The position numbers and the translations under genes were made by a program. A stretch of DNA of 58,718 nucleotides from a virus (taxonomy: Duplodnaviria > Caudoviricetes): positions 1-58,718 of IMG/VR virus record IMGVR_UViG_3300025305_000019; one strand, written 5' to 3'. Under the pieces are notes generated by a model that was not told where the DNA came from, did no database searches, and was given only the letters and a program-made list of their open reading frames with translations. The stretch's first letter is position 1, and every line of letters starts with the position of its first letter. Positions 46,307-56,000 of the stretch are shown here, in pieces.

Positions 46307-46783
46307 ATGAGCGAAGAAACCCCCGGCACCGATCTCGCCGTCAACGAGCAGACCGCCGCCGTTACCTCCGAGGTAGCGCACTCACCAGCCGCCCCCAAGG
46401 TTGTTGACATCGACACCAGAGTAGGGCAGTACATACGGCTCCGCGACAAGATCAAAGAGCAGGACGACGCGCACAAGGAAAAGATGCGCCCTGCACGCGA
46501 GGCGCTGGAGAAGTTGAACAGCATCATGCTGGAATACCTCCAGTCGGTTAAGGTGGACAGCGCGTCCACTGGTAGTGGTACCGTCTATCGCACCATGAAG
46601 AAGTCCGCGACCATTGCTGATGGCGATGCCTTCATGCGCCATGTCATCGGCAACGAGGAATGGGAACTGATGGACAAGAAGGCTAACGCTACGGCAGTCG
46701 AAGCCTTCATCGAAGAAAACGGTGTGGCACCTCCCGGCGTCAATTACAGCGTCACTGCCGTTGTCGGTGTTCGCCGGAAATAG
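46307..46783 (+). CDS. Conserved replication-region protein
   Basis: YIRLRD coiled coil, T..GTVYR, PPGVN C-terminus typical of genes preceding SSB in such phages; GGAG RBS. Confidence 0.7.
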   Translation: MSEETPGTDLAVNEQTAAVTSEVAHSPAAPKVVDIDTRVGQYIRLRDKIKEQDDAHKEKMRPAREALEKLNSIMLEYLQSVKVDSASTGSGTVYRTMKKSATIADGDAFMRHVIGNEEWELMDKKANATAVEAFIEENGVAPPGVNYSVTAVVGVRRK

Positions 46784-46805
46784 TTTGTAGTCTTTCTAAA
46801 TACCT

Positions 46806-46834
46806 CTTGACAACCCTTTAGTCACCTGCTATAT
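46806..46834 (+). promoter_or_regulatory. RpoD promoter
   Basis: Exact CTTGAC-N17-CTATAT. Confidence 0.75.
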
Positions 46835-46859
46835 ACGGCGGGTTCAACCGGAGACAAAA

Positions 46860-48062
46860 ATGTCCAACCTCGTTCCGGCCAACTTCGGCCAAGTTTCTTC
46901 CCGTTTCGCCCAGACCCCCGTACAGGACGATCTGTCCTCGGGCATCCAGACTTCCTTTGGCCTGATCGGCTACAAGGGCAAGGTGTGGTCGATCCGCTAC
47001 CGTGGCGACGAACAGCAGTTGATGCGTGATGACGGCGACGGCCCTCGCGGTTCCGTCGAGGTTGTCATCCTCAAGGCATCGGGTCAGATTTCCAAAATCT
47101 GGTACGAGCATGGTTACGTCGAGGGCTCGAATTCGGCACCCGACTGTTTCTCCAACAACGGCGTCGTGCCCGATCCGACTTCCTCCAAGAAGCAGTGCGA
47201 CACCTGCGCCCTCTGCCCCCACAATCAGTGGGGCTCGCGCATTACCCCGGCAGGTAAGCAGGGCAAGGCTTGCTCCGACAGCAAGCGCCTCGCAGTCGTC
47301 CCGGCACAGGACATCGAGAACAGTGCTTACGGTGGCCCGATGCTCCTGCGCGTCCCGGCAGCTTCGTTGCAGGACGTTGCTTCCTACGGCCAGAAGATGC
47401 AGCAGCTTGGCTACCCGTACTACGCGGTGTCCACGCGCATTGCCTTCGACCCGGAGGAAAGCTACCCGAAGTTCCTGTTCAACGCCGTTCGCCCCCTGAA
47501 CGACGCTGAAGCCGATCTGGTCCTTGCCATGCGCGACCAGCATTCGGTGGATCGCATCTTGAGCGAGAGCGAGTTTGCCACGCCGACCCCGGCACCGGCG
47601 GCACCCGACCTCGCCAGCGCCTTCGAGCAGCCGCCCCAGACTGCCCCGAAGACTGAAGCGAAGGTCGATCCGGCTCCGACCCAGACCGGCCCGACGCCCG
47701 AGCAGCAGGCGGCTATCGACAAGGCAGCCGCTGATAAGGCCGCAGCCGACAAGGCAGCCGCTGATAAGGCAGCCGCTGATAAGGCCGCAGCCGACAAGGC
47801 AGCCGCTGATAAGGCCGCAGCCGACAAGGCAGCCGAGCAGCAGGCAGCCGAGCAGGCAGCACAGCAGGCGGCGGCGAAGGCAGCCGAGCAGCCGGTTACC
47901 TCTGAAGGTAACACCACGAAACCTTCGGGCTTCGGTGCGACTGCCCCGGTCAAGGCGGCTGAAGACAAGCCAGCCGAACAGCAGGCGGCGGCAAACACTG
48001 CCCCGGCTGGTTCCTCATCCTTCGAGGCTGACCTCGACAGTATGCTGGACGAACTTCTCTAA
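46860..48062 (+). CDS. ssDNA-binding/annealing protein (putative) with Zn motif and acidic tail
   Basis: PDCFS.NG..P...C..CPHNQWGS...GKAC...RLAV..., acidic C-terminus; located between helicase and primase. Confidence 0.65.
   Translation: MSNLVPANFGQVSSRFAQTPVQDDLSSGIQTSFGLIGYKGKVWSIRYRGDEQQLMRDDGDGPRGSVEVVILKASGQISKIWYEHGYVEGSNSAPDCFSNNGVVPDPTSSKKQCDTCALCPHNQWGSRITPAGKQGKACSDSKRLAVVPAQDIENSAYGGPMLLRVPAASLQDVASYGQKMQQLGYPYYAVSTRIAFDPEESYPKFLFNAVRPLNDAEADLVLAMRDQHSVDRILSESEFATPTPAPAAPDLASAFEQPPQTAPKTEAKVDPAPTQTGPTPEQQAAIDKAAADKAAADKAAADKAAADKAAADKAAADKAAADKAAEQQAAEQAAQQAAAKAAEQPVTSEGNTTKPSGFGATAPVKAAEDKPAEQQAAANTAPAGSSSFEADLDSMLDELL
47718..47835 (+). repeat. 15-bp tandem repeat (AADKA x ~8)
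   Basis: Alternating GCCGCTGATAAGGC / GCAGCCGACAAGGC units. Confidence 0.9.
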
Positions 48063-48094
48063 GCCATCCTCACTGGTGGTATAGCCCATCACAA

Positions 48095-48123
48095 GGGCGA
48101 CGGGCCTAACAACCCGTCGCCCA
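48095..48123 (+). terminator. Hairpin after the SSB-like gene
   Basis: GGGCGACGGG...CCCGTCGCCC; no U-tract. Confidence 0.4.
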
Positions 48124-48148
48124 ATTCATCTGGGAGCAAACCCGCGTA

Positions 48149-51100
48149 ATGGCATCAGATTACAAACAAGCGCGTATGTTCCTTGCTCGCGTTCTACCAT
48201 GGCCCACCGAGGACCGGCAGCAGGAATACGTCAACCTTCACCACACCTTTATCCCGAACGGTAAAGAGGGCAAGACGGACAAGAACGGTAAGCAGGAAAC
48301 CGGCATGACTGGCCGTGCTTACCGCGACGTGGGCGAGCTAGTCGGCTACATGAAGTTCGCGGATGGCCTGTCACGCAACCGGGACTTCTACTTCTGCACC
48401 TCGACCCAGAACTACGCCATCCCGTCAGTCAGTGGTAAGGGCAAGCCCTACCTCAAGGCCGCTAGATCGTCGGACGCTGCAACCTTGCATAAGGCGCTGT
48501 TCATCGACTGCGACTTGAAGGACGGCGACCACGGCTACGCCAGCAAGAAAGAACTCATCACCGCTCTCGCCGCCTTCCTCAAGGCGACCAAGCTCCCCAA
48601 GCCCACGATCTTTATCAACACGGGCGGCGGCTACCACATCTACTGGGTTCTCGCCACTCCCCTGCCGACCGACGAATGGTCGAAGCTGGCCTATGCTCTT
48701 GCCGAGGCAACCAAGCGCGAGGGCCTGAAGTGCGACAGCCAATGCACCATCGACGCATCGCGCCTGTTGCGTATACCGGACACGAGGAACTTCAAGTACG
48801 ATCCCCCGCGCCCGGTTACCATCGAAGGTACCCCGCTGGACTTCGATTACTTCAACGAGAAGATTTCGGCAGCACTGGAGCCTTACAAGGTTGCGGTGCC
48901 TTTTAGCGTTAAGAGTGTCAATGTCTCCATGCTCCCGCCGCGCCCTGCTATCGAGGGTGTGTCGGACCTCACGGCTGGCATCGACATGTCGAGCTATGCA
49001 CCTGTCACCATCGACAGCCTGATCCCAGAGTGCCCGTTCATTGCTGACGCCATGTCCAACGGCGGCGTCAACAACCCCAACCCGCTCTGGAACCTGACGA
49101 CCCTCATTGCCACGTTCACGGAGAACGGCAGGTCGAACGCCCACACCATGTCGAAGGGCCACCAGTCATATGGTCCCGGCGAGACGGATGAGCTTTACGA
49201 CCGGAAGGTACACGAGAAGACGACGCGCAACATGGGCTGGCCCAAGTGCCAGACCGTGGCATCGTCGGGCTGTTCCTTCTGCGCCGCCTGCCCCCACTTC
49301 AAAGAGGGCAAATCTCCCCTGAACTTCGGCAGCAAGGTTACCCCCCAAGGTAATACCCTCCCCAATGGACAGGGGAGCCCACTGGGAGGCGTTCAGGGGT
49401 CGGGGGCTCCTACCCTACCCGGAATAGCACAAAGCCCGTCAGCGGCCCTGCTAGCCGGTCCTACGATCATCCCCGGAACGGGTGTCCAAGACCCCGATCT
49501 CCCGAATGGGTACATCCGCGACCAGCGTGGTATCGTGATGACCCAGAACCTCCACGACGATGGCACCAGCACATGGTACCCCGTCAGCAACTATCCAATG
49601 ACCTCGCCGTGGATGCAGCGCGATCCTTGGAGCATCAACTTCACTACTGTTACCGAATTCAACAAGACCTCCCAAGTGTGCGTGCCGTGTAAGGAAGTCG
49701 GTACGGGCGAGATGAAACGGGCTCTCCAAGAGCAGGGTTTCATGGTTACGGGTGGCCTTCGCGGCTTCGGTCTAATATCGGATTTTATCATGGCATGGGT
49801 TACGAAACTCCAGTCGCAGAAGGACATGATTATCACGTCAGTGCCGTTCGGCTGGATGGTGCGTGGCGGTAAGACCCATGGCTTCGTGTATGGCGGCAAG
49901 CTGCACACGGCCAATGGTGTAGAGCCAGCGTCCAACACCGATCCCGAGTTGGCCCGTCAGTTCGAGCCCACGGGTGAGCGCCAGCATTGGCTGGACGCCG
50001 CCAAGATGATTACCGATCAGCAGCGCCCCGGCCTCGACGCCATCATCGCGTCAGCGTTCGGTGCACCGTTGGTCCGCTTCACGGGCCACAGCGGCTTGCT
50101 GATGTCTGCCTACTCCATGGAGAGCGGCATTGGTAAGTCCACCGCCCTCCGCATTGCACAGGCAGTATGGGGTGATCCCGTTAAGGCCATCCAGAGCCTT
50201 AGCGATACGCAGAACTCCGTCCTGAACAAGCTGGGCGAACTCCGCTCCCTGCCGATGTTTTGGGACGAATTGAAATCGGAGGAAGATACCAAGAAATTTG
50301 TCGATACAGTTTTCCGCCTTACGCTCGGCAAAGAGAAGTCGCGTATGCGGTCCAACGTAACCCAGCGGACCCCCGGCACATGGCAGACGATCATGGTGTC
50401 CGCGTCGAACGAGAGCCTTATGGACGTTGTAGCCTATAAGACCCGTGCCACCACAGCAGGTATCTATCGTGTGTTTGAGTATACGCTGGCCCCGGCAGCG
50501 CCGGGCAGTCCCGGTCAGATCGACCCGACCTTGGCCCAGCGCATGACCTCCAAGCTGAATGACAACTATGGCGTCATCGGTATGGAGTATGCGGGTTACC
50601 TCGGAAGTAACGCTGCCATGATCGAGAATGACATGGCAAACACCATGTCGCAGATCGGCAAGGAAGTCGGTATGCACGCCGACGAGCGTTTCTGGATCGG
50701 GCTTATCGCTTCGATCCTTCTGGGGGCAAAGTACGCCAACCTTCTGGGCTACACCCAGATCGACCAAGTGCTACTGAAGTCGTTCATGTATAACACCTTG
50801 CAGGACATGCGCCGCGAGCGCAACAGCCAGCCGGTGGATATGCGGAATGTCGTCAACGTGGTGAACGTCCTCGGTCGGTTCCTCAATGACCGCCGTGCGA
50901 AGCACACCCTCTACACGTCCAGCATCCATCGTGGACGTGGTAAACCGGCAGCGGGTACCATCCAGATCGTGCGGGACCATACCCGGCTGGATGCCATCCA
51001 TGTCCATGTCGGCGTGGACGATCACATCGTCCGCATCGGCCAGTCCTACCTTCAGGAATGGCTCAAGGACAATAACTACCCCCGCCACGTCTTCATGCGA

Positions 51101-51238
51101 GCAATGGAGACAACCCTAAACTCGAAGACCGTACTGGCAAGGCTCGGTGCCGGTACAAATTTGACTGGTGCATCCGAATACGTTATCGAGATTGACATCA
51201 GCGGTACGCCTTCCCTGAACTTCATTGATGAGGCATGA
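48149..51238 (+). CDS. Primase (RepB/AEP-like) fused to DUF927/SF3-like helicase
   Basis: FIDCD, TGGGYHIYW, RLLRIPDT.N primase motifs; Cys-rich linker; SGIGKST Walker A, WDE Walker B, SASN, NYG. Confidence 0.85.
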   Translation: MASDYKQARMFLARVLPWPTEDRQQEYVNLHHTFIPNGKEGKTDKNGKQETGMTGRAYRDVGELVGYMKFADGLSRNRDFYFCTSTQNYAIPSVSGKGKPYLKAARSSDAATLHKALFIDCDLKDGDHGYASKKELITALAAFLKATKLPKPTIFINTGGGYHIYWVLATPLPTDEWSKLAYALAEATKREGLKCDSQCTIDASRLLRIPDTRNFKYDPPRPVTIEGTPLDFDYFNEKISAALEPYKVAVPFSVKSVNVSMLPPRPAIEGVSDLTAGIDMSSYAPVTIDSLIPECPFIADAMSNGGVNNPNPLWNLTTLIATFTENGRSNAHTMSKGHQSYGPGETDELYDRKVHEKTTRNMGWPKCQTVASSGCSFCAACPHFKEGKSPLNFGSKVTPQGNTLPNGQGSPLGGVQGSGAPTLPGIAQSPSAALLAGPTIIPGTGVQDPDLPNGYIRDQRGIVMTQNLHDDGTSTWYPVSNYPMTSPWMQRDPWSINFTTVTEFNKTSQVCVPCKEVGTGEMKRALQEQGFMVTGGLRGFGLISDFIMAWVTKLQSQKDMIITSVPFGWMVRGGKTHGFVYGGKLHTANGVEPASNTDPELARQFEPTGERQHWLDAAKMITDQQRPGLDAIIASAFGAPLVRFTGHSGLLMSAYSMESGIGKSTALRIAQAVWGDPVKAIQSLSDTQNSVLNKLGELRSLPMFWDELKSEEDTKKFVDTVFRLTLGKEKSRMRSNVTQRTPGTWQTIMVSASNESLMDVVAYKTRATTAGIYRVFEYTLAPAAPGSPGQIDPTLAQRMTSKLNDNYGVIGMEYAGYLGSNAAMIENDMANTMSQIGKEVGMHADERFWIGLIASILLGAKYANLLGYTQIDQVLLKSFMYNTLQDMRRERNSQPVDMRNVVNVVNVLGRFLNDRRAKHTLYTSSIHRGRGKPAAGTIQIVRDHTRLDAIHVHVGVDDHIVRIGQSYLQEWLKDNNYPRHVFMRAMETTLNSKTVLARLGAGTNLTGASEYVIEIDISGTPSLNFIDEA

Positions 51239-51561
51239 CAATGACCACCGAAAAAAACCAGCCTGACAACGACAACCCGACCGAGGCCGAACTTGATAAC
51301 TTCATGGTGGATTTTATCCAGCGTGTTTCCCGGTCCTTCAGCACCTTCCGTACCATGATACAGTTGATGTCTGGTGTTGAGATGGACATGGTGTTGGTAG
51401 CTCGCCCGAAGATCGACGGGGAAGCCCACGGCAACATGATCTTCTCCAACATCAACTCACGGGAGGATGTCAAGGCAATGCTGCTCTCGGCGTCGGCATC
51501 GACAGAGACGGCAGTGAATGGGAACATGCCTGTTCGACCATCGGACACTACCGCCCACTAA
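51235..51561 (+). CDS. Hypothetical protein
   Basis: ATGA-coupled last gene of the rightward arm. Confidence 0.6.
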   Translation: MTMTTEKNQPDNDNPTEAELDNFMVDFIQRVSRSFSTFRTMIQLMSGVEMDMVLVARPKIDGEAHGNMIFSNINSREDVKAMLLSASASTETAVNGNMPVRPSDTTAH

Positions 51562-51580
51562 GGTTACCCCATGAGGTAAC

Positions 51581-51614
51581 AAAAAACCCCCCGGCGCTAA
51601 CCGGGGGGTTTTTC
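51581..51614. terminator. Bidirectional terminator between converging arms
   Basis: AAAAAACCCCCCGG-CGCTAA-CCGGGGGGTTTTT. Confidence 0.85.
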
Positions 51615-51635
51615 TTTGTCTGGAGTTCTGAAGGT

Positions 51636-52139
51636 TTAGAAGTTCCAACCATCTACAATGAAGAATGCGACGGCGATACCTAACAGAACTGCGATCATTG
51701 CACGAGGCCAGCCGGGTATATAGTTCAATGGTCGGGGACCGATCACAACTCGGCGCGCACTCAAATGCAGCAAGGCTGCGATCAGGGCAACACACCGGAA
51801 GAACGTAAGCGGACTGTAGAAAACATCTGGCCTAAGCTGCTGCACTGGTACGATCACATTCCAGAATGTAACATATCCGGCTTGGCAGGCGATTGCAGCA
51901 AATATGAGCATGATGCCCATCGTAAGACTATCAATGTATGACAGTTGGTCGTTCGGTCGTTTCAAAGTAACTTTGGCAGACGGCCAATAGGCGTGCAGGA
52001 CCGCTAGACTGGTGAAGAACAACGTACTCCCCACGTAGACGTAGAAAGTCGGCGGGTCTGTTACCAGTGAGGTAACGAAGAACAGCACTAGAAAAAGCAG
52101 CGTACCGCCTACCAGATGCCACTTTTTGAAGTCTATCAT
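51636..52139 (-). CDS. Multi-pass membrane protein
   Basis: About 5 hydrophobic helices; last gene of the late operon. Confidence 0.65.
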   Translation of the reverse strand: MIDFKKWHLVGGTLLFLVLFFVTSLVTDPPTFYVYVGSTLFFTSLAVLHAYWPSAKVTLKRPNDQLSYIDSLTMGIMLIFAAIACQAGYVTFWNVIVPVQQLRPDVFYSPLTFFRCVALIAALLHLSARRVVIGPRPLNYIPGWPRAMIAVLLGIAVAFFIVDGWNF

Positions 52140-52363
52140 TGCGGTACCTTTCCTTCCACGCGGTTTAACACACCTTGTATTACCTCGCGGGTAAAAATAG
52201 CGTCCCTTGTCTGTTTCTGCGATGACCTTTGCAGGTCGATATAGGCCGTCTGATTGAGGATCGAAGCCTCTTTCAGAGCCAGCGACAGGTTACTGTCGTC
52301 TGGCTTCTCGATTGGTTTGGGCTTAGGAGCCTTGCAGAATATCCTGCTGAAGATGTGGGTCAT
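52136..52363 (-). CDS. Hypothetical protein
   Basis: Coupled ORF. Confidence 0.5.
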   Translation of the reverse strand: MTHIFSRIFCKAPKPKPIEKPDDSNLSLALKEASILNQTAYIDLQRSSQKQTRDAIFTREVIQGVLNRVEGKVPQ

Positions 52364-52364
52364 C

Positions 52365-52796
52365 TTAACCCGCCCTTGCATGGGACTGCAAAGCCTCTAG
52401 CCTCCGCTGTACGTCTTCTATTCCCTTCATCAAAGCCGCTCCCCTTTCATGCCATCGTTCGCGATTGTTATTTATGTCGCGAACTAGGGATGCAAAGCCC
52501 ACCACTAACTGGTTGATGGCTTCGGTTCTCGCACCAACGGTTGTTTCAAAACCGTTGATAGCCGTGGTGTTGCGGTTTAGTGCGTTCAGTATTTCCGCGA
52601 ACTCTGCAAGCCGTTTCTCGTACTGTTCTAGGACCGCTTTCTCGGCCTCTTTCGTTTCCTCATCCCGTGCTTTCTGGCATTCCGTCTGCCTCCTGTCCAT
52701 CCACCAGATGACGATGAGGGACAGGACGAAAAGTATCCATCCTGTCCCTTGCGTCAGAAGGGAGCCAAGTCCCTGCTGAAGAAATTCTTCAATCAT
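52365..52796 (-). CDS. N-terminal TM + coiled-coil protein (possible lysis accessory)
   Basis: Single TM followed by heptad repeats. Confidence 0.55.
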   Translation of the reverse strand: MIEEFLQQGLGSLLTQGTGWILFVLSLIVIWWMDRRQTECQKARDEETKEAEKAVLEQYEKRLAEFAEILNALNRNTTAINGFETTVGARTEAINQLVVGFASLVRDINNNRERWHERGAALMKGIEDVQRRLEALQSHARAG

Positions 52797-53071
52797 TACT
52801 TCTTGTTCCAGCCACGGTTGGCAGCCTGTGAGCGGACCCGGAGGTTACCCTTGGAGGTACCGCCTCCCGAACGCTGCGGCTTGATGTGATCCACATCTTT
52901 GCCGTCGCCCTTCTTGACCCGCCCCTCTTTCTCCATCATGCGACGGGCCTTGTTGTTATTGGATCGGGCCTTCACGTTCTCTGGGCGAGCATCGTATCCG
53001 GCATTCTTGCGCTTGATCTGCCCCGGTGTACGGTGGGAACTCGGATCGCGCTTCTCTCCATTCTCTGCCAT
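52796..53071 (-). CDS. Small HNH-motif protein
   Basis: KDVDH.KP...GG....NLRV....NR. Confidence 0.7.
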   Translation of the reverse strand: MAENGEKRDPSSHRTPGQIKRKNAGYDARPENVKARSNNNKARRMMEKEGRVKKGDGKDVDHIKPQRSGGGTSKGNLRVRSQAANRGWNKK

Positions 53072-53096
53072 TTCGGTTACCTCACAAGGTAATGGT

Positions 53097-56000
53097 TTAA
53101 TAGTTGTAGGTCTGGTTTACGGTGTCGAACAGTTCCTTCTCACGTCCGCGAGGCCGGATGCCCTCGATGGTCTTGAGGCGGTCTGCCTTCATCTGCTTCT
53201 GGTATCCTCGCAAGTCGCTGATCGAAAGCTTGGCTTCGTCAGGCTGGGTCTTGTTCCAAGCCTGTATCTCCCGCCAGAGACGCCCACGGGCAGCGCCACT
53301 TGCCTCCAGCCAACTGCGCTGGAAGTCTGTACGGGAAGCATTCATCTTATCCCGGTTACGGTAGAAGTTACCGCTGCGCTCGAAACCTTCAGCCTCTCGT
53401 GCCGGGGTAAACCCTAGCGTTCTAGTGACGGCTTCGCGTGCAGAGTACGGCGACATTACTTGCTTGCCGCTTCTATCACTCTTAACGCCTTCTGTATAGG
53501 CCCTATAGGACTTGACGCTATCCGAGAACAGCTTGATCGGCACCAGTCGCTCGGCAGCCTTGAGCATGTCGCCCTCGGCCAGATTGGTAACGCCCTTGGC
53601 ATAGTCCATGGCGAGGCCAGCCGGGGCACCAGCGAGGGTATCCCACATATACGCCTTCAAGTCCTGCGCCTCGTTAGACCGGGGCTCACCGAACCCACCC
53701 ATGAGCGTGTCGATGCCCATGCGGGTGGACAGGTCGATCCCGATGCCACGGGTCACACCACGAGAAATCATCTCGCCAGCCGTCTTACCGAACATCTCGG
53801 TAGCCGCCTCGCGCTGTGCATTCTCGATGTCACCCCAATTCCAGTCCGTCAGGCCGAATGCGTTAGCACCCATCACGATGAACTTGATCGGTTCCGTGGG
53901 CAGGCCCATGGCACCAGCTATAAGGACGTGCATTCCGATGGTGTAGGACAGAGCCTTGATGGCCTGCGCCCGATCCCCCGGCTTCTCGTTACGGACGGCC
54001 CGTGCTGCCTGCTCACCCAGCAACTGGTACATGCCCTGCCCGTACTTCTTGAACTGAAGCGCCAGTCGAAGCACCGGATGGTTGAAGACGGCAGGGGCAT
54101 TCGTCGCAGAGTAGTTGAACTGCGTCTGGTTGATGATGTCCTGCGCGAACTGGGTCGCACGATCCACATCCCCCGAACGCTCCATCTCTAGCCGGAAGGC
54201 CGCGAGCCCAGATACCGAACGGTTGATCGCTTCAACCGCCTTCGGCATCTGGCGCGTGATACCTTCGAGGTAACCAAGGCCAGCGTCGAAACGACCGCCG
54301 ATGCCTTCCATACGATTGGAAAGCTTGCCCACTTCCAGTCCGCTATCCGTGTCAATGATACCCCTTTCCACCATAACATCTAGGAACATCTGCTCCACCT
54401 TCGATTTGAGGCGAGAGCGGATCAGGCTAACAGGGTCGGATGCGACATAATCGCCATTCTTCGCCTTCCGAGCGGTATCAAGGGCACCCTGCCTGATGGT
54501 GGCGAGGGAGCCGATGTCACCGTAAGCGCGGCTCATTGCCGTGAACGCACGTCCGATGCCGTAGTGCGAGGCCAGCATGGGCATGGTCGTCATCATCGGC
54601 TGGGTAGCGTTGATGACCGAGTACGAGGGCGATGCCAGCTTATCCACAAAAGACACGGCCAGAATACGCTGCACGATGGCGTTGCTCGTCTTGTTCTCCA
54701 GCACCACGTTGGGCGAAGTGAGCCGCTTCTTGATCTCGTTGTTCAACTCCTGCCGAACGCCAGCAAAGCCGTCCTGCGGGTTGTCCTTGATGATCGCGTC
54801 GAACTCGGCCACCGCGTCGTCAACCAGTGGCTTCGTCTTCAGCTTCGCCACGTAGTTCGCCATGGAGTGCGAATAGTCGGTGGTGTTGCGGAAGAAGTCC
54901 TTCGACGCACCCTGTACGTACTGACGCGGCAGGTGCCGGGTCTGGATGCGGGTGGACGAGAGGACGTGAAGCGACATCTCATTGACGGCAGCGAGCAGTT
55001 CCTTCGTCTGGTCGCCCGTGAACCCACGGTCAACAGCCTTGCGCTCCATGACCGTGGACAGGCGCTGCATCTGCGAGGACAGGACATCGCCTTGGATGCC
55101 ATTGTTCTCGAATGCACGGGGCACCGCGTCGGCTACATTCATGCCCGACTTGCGAAGCTCCAGCACGCGCTGGCGAGCCTTGCGTTCCGTGTCGAACATC
55201 TCAACGTGGCGGTTCTGGACTGCCACACGGTAGCGTGCTTCGGCGTTGAGGTCGGCAGCAGTGAGCTTGACTTGGTTACCTTCCGGGGTAACGCCGAAAT
55301 TCTCACCAGTCGTCTTGTCAACGAACACCGTGCGAACGGTCGGGCGCTGCTCGATGCTCTCTGCGTATGCCTCTGCCTCGGCGGCGGTCTTGAACTCAAA
55401 CTCGTTGTCACCCAGTGCCACACCATTGGATGGTTTCTTGATGGCATAGGTTCCCCGCACCACCCAGTTACCGTGGCGCATGAGCGGGAAGTATGGTCCG
55501 TCGATCTTCGACATGACGCCAGCCGCTGCGATGGTGTCGTAGGTATCACCGAGGAACGCCTTGTCAGCGTCGGTGACGGTACGATCCATGATGCGGGTAG
55601 CCAGCGCGTCAACCGTCCCAAGGGAGGCTGGCACGTCGAACATCTTCAGCACACCGTTCTTGATAAGCAGGTGGGCCGCTTCGTTCTGCGCGTTCTTGAA
55701 GTAGTCCAGTGCCTCGCTGTGCAAGTCCTGAAGTTCCTCGGGCAGAGCCTCATACCGGGCCGCGAGGTCCGCGTGCTGGGCACGACGCCATGCGTCACGG
55801 GCTCCCTTCTTGGTGATGTGCTTCTGCTGGTCGAGAGGCCGGTCAGCGAACACGTTGGCGGAAGTCTCGTCGTGCGACAGGGCGGCGAAGTTCTCCCACA
55901 CCGTCCTGCCGTCCTCACCACGGACCTTGCTGTACTTCTTTTCAAGCCCATGGATTTTCATCAGCATGGGCTCCACCTTGCGGATGCCCTCCAAGGCCAG

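Noticed and set aside
38961-51238. Introns or inteins in polymerase, helicase or primase; alternative genetic code
   Set aside because: ORFs are continuous, of ordinary length and read with the standard code; no intein or intron motifs noticed
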